DNA of 37,245 nucleotides, from positions 1-37,245 of the IMG/VR virus record IMGVR_UViG_3300004241_000114; one strand, written 5' to 3'. Both the position numbers and the translations under genes were made by a program. Origin of the DNA: a virus. Taxonomy: Duplodnaviria > Caudoviricetes. The notes under the pieces were generated by a model. The model made no database searches. It had not been told where the DNA came from and saw only the letters and a list, made by a program, of their open reading frames with translations. Shown here in pieces: positions 35,873-37,245 of this stretch. Within the stretch, counting starts at the first letter, position 1. Every line of letters begins with the position of its first letter.

Positions 35873-36020
35873 GGAAGCTATAATAGAAAGTTATATAGAA
35901 GCATTTAGTGGCGTATTAGAGCCATACGAGATAATGAGCTTGGTTGAACAGAGAATATGTGAGTTACTAGAGGAAGACGAAACTTGGGAAGATGGGGAAG
36001 AATACCCTGACTTTGACTAG
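35802..36020 (+). CDS. Acidic hypothetical protein
   Basis: 72-aa, strongly Glu/Asp-rich ORF. Confidence 0.55.
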   Translation: MEDKMKETLNEKRTIEEGNFQQIREAIIESYIEAFSGVLEPYEIMSLVEQRICELLEEDETWEDGEEYPDFD

Positions 36021-36050
36021 AGCAAGATTAAATTAAAATAAAAAACTGCT

Positions 36051-37013
36051 ATGAACGACCCTCAAGGTATATATACTGGAGCGAGTGAGAGTGATTTTAA
36101 GGACATTAGAGAGATAAAAGCCGAGCAATCTCCTATAAGAAAAGAGTGGGACAATCCTTTTGATAAGTTGTCTTTTGATGACATGATAGAGGAAGCTACT
36201 AGGAGAGCCGAGTGGAGAAAAGAGTTTGATAGAATACCTGAAGTTGCAGAAGTAACTATATATTCTGAAAAACCTATAGCTGTTTGTGTGTTGTCAGACC
36301 AGCATTTAGGTTCTAAGGAAACAGATTACGATTATTACCAATATGTTATAGAAACGATTAAATATAATGACAATGCTTTTGCTGTTCTTGGAGGAGATTT
36401 TCTTAATTTATTGTCTTGGAATCCAGGACAGAACGAAGATATATTAAACTTCGAGGAGCAGTATGTAACTATGTATAAATCCTTGTACGAGATAAAAGAC
36501 AAAGTAATAGCAGGAGTTAAAGGAAATCACAGGTGGCAGAATAAGAAAGGTGTAGACCAATACATGGAGTTTCTTACTACAATGGATTGTCCTTTATTTG
36601 ATAATCTTGGGTATTTATATCTAAAAGTAACTCCAGATGACACATACGAGAATCCTCCTGTGTATAACATGGTTCTTGCTCACAAGCTAAAAGGTTTGAG
36701 TTATATGAATGACAATCACCCACAGGGAAGGTTTAGCAGGGAAACAGAGGGGGCTGATATTATTGTAAGTTGTCATACACACGACGGGGCAAATCAATCT
36801 ACTTCTAAGTCGTTATTTGGTGGGGGAAGAAAACCATTGACCTTTGTTAATGGGAAAACATTTAAGAAGAACGACGGATTTCTAAGAGGAGAAGGAGAAA
36901 CTAATTTTGATGTAGGTGCTAACTGGTTGTATTTGAATCCTTATACAAAGCGACACATGGCAATTCCTACAACAGAGTTGGCTTATGAAGTTATGGATTG
37001 GAAATTAGATTGA
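36051..37013 (+). CDS. Calcineurin-like metallophosphoesterase
   Basis: SDQH, GGD, GNH, H and CHTH metal-ligand motifs in the expected order. Confidence 0.85.
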   Translation: MNDPQGIYTGASESDFKDIREIKAEQSPIRKEWDNPFDKLSFDDMIEEATRRAEWRKEFDRIPEVAEVTIYSEKPIAVCVLSDQHLGSKETDYDYYQYVIETIKYNDNAFAVLGGDFLNLLSWNPGQNEDILNFEEQYVTMYKSLYEIKDKVIAGVKGNHRWQNKKGVDQYMEFLTTMDCPLFDNLGYLYLKVTPDDTYENPPVYNMVLAHKLKGLSYMNDNHPQGRFSRETEGADIIVSCHTHDGANQSTSKSLFGGGRKPLTFVNGKTFKKNDGFLRGEGETNFDVGANWLYLNPYTKRHMAIPTTELAYEVMDWKLD

Positions 37014-37023
37014 TATAAAAACA

Positions 37024-37245
37024 ATGAAACTACTATTAGGAGATTGTTTAGAAAAGTTAAAAGAACTAGAAGACAATAGTATAGATGCTATTGTAACTGA
37101 TCCTCCTTATGAATTAGGGTTTATGGGTAAATCTTGGGATAACACAGGAATAGCTAACGACCCAGAGATGTGGGGTGAGTGTTTGAGGGTGTTGAAGTCT
37201 GGAGGATACTTACTAGCATTTAGTGGAACAAGAACCTATCACCGA
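37024..37245 (+). CDS. N-terminal part of beta-class DNA methyltransferase (3' truncated)
   Basis: MKLLLGDCLEKLKELEDNSIDAIVTDPPYELGFMGKSWD...LRVLKSGG...RTYHR; open to the window end. Confidence 0.9.
   Translation, partial: MKLLLGDCLEKLKELEDNSIDAIVTDPPYELGFMGKSWDNTGIANDPEMWGECLRVLKSGGYLLAFSGTRTYHR

Noticed and set aside
1-37245. Alternative genetic code (stop-codon reassignment)
   Set aside because: Long genes are intact in the standard code, and TGA, TAG and TAA all end genes at tight junctions.

Overview
A nearly complete, AT-rich, tailed dsDNA phage genome with a podovirus-like layout. All credible genes lie on the + strand, and TGA is used as a stop. A beta-class DNA methyltransferase is split across the two ends (DPPY half at 37024-37245, FxGxG half at 1-216), suggesting a circular or permuted genome with a gap inside that gene. 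Gene order: HNH gene; a ~480-nt structured intergenic region; a Bcs1-like cytidylyltransferase-reductase fusion and a LicD-methyltransferase fusion; early genes (Rad52-like annealase, Zn finger, HTHs, membrane-anchored glucosaminidase-like protein); an RNA-structure-rich island; an array of short genes joined by conserved junctions; GalE-like epimerase; NinG-like HNH; terminase; portal; scaffold; major capsid; adaptor; collagen-like tail fibre; nozzle; LysM and ejection proteins; lysis genes; metallophosphoesterase. Four glycosyltransferase-like genes sit among the virion genes. No polymerase, helicase, primase, Rep or integrase was recognised. Most notable observations: (1) an apparent CDP-ribitol / LicD ribitol-phosphate glycosylation pathway, possibly decorating the virion; (2) several unannotated structured RNAs, including a large promoter-driven one, a tRNA-like one with pseudoknot-type pairing, and a hairpin whose loop is complementary to a motif in structural-gene leaders; (3) a two-anchor gene-shuffling array. 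The host is unknown; rare Shine-Dalgarno sites and extended -10 or leaderless starts are compatible with a CPR/Patescibacteria host (inference only). All family calls come from motif reading and all RNA folds were paired by eye; no searches were run.
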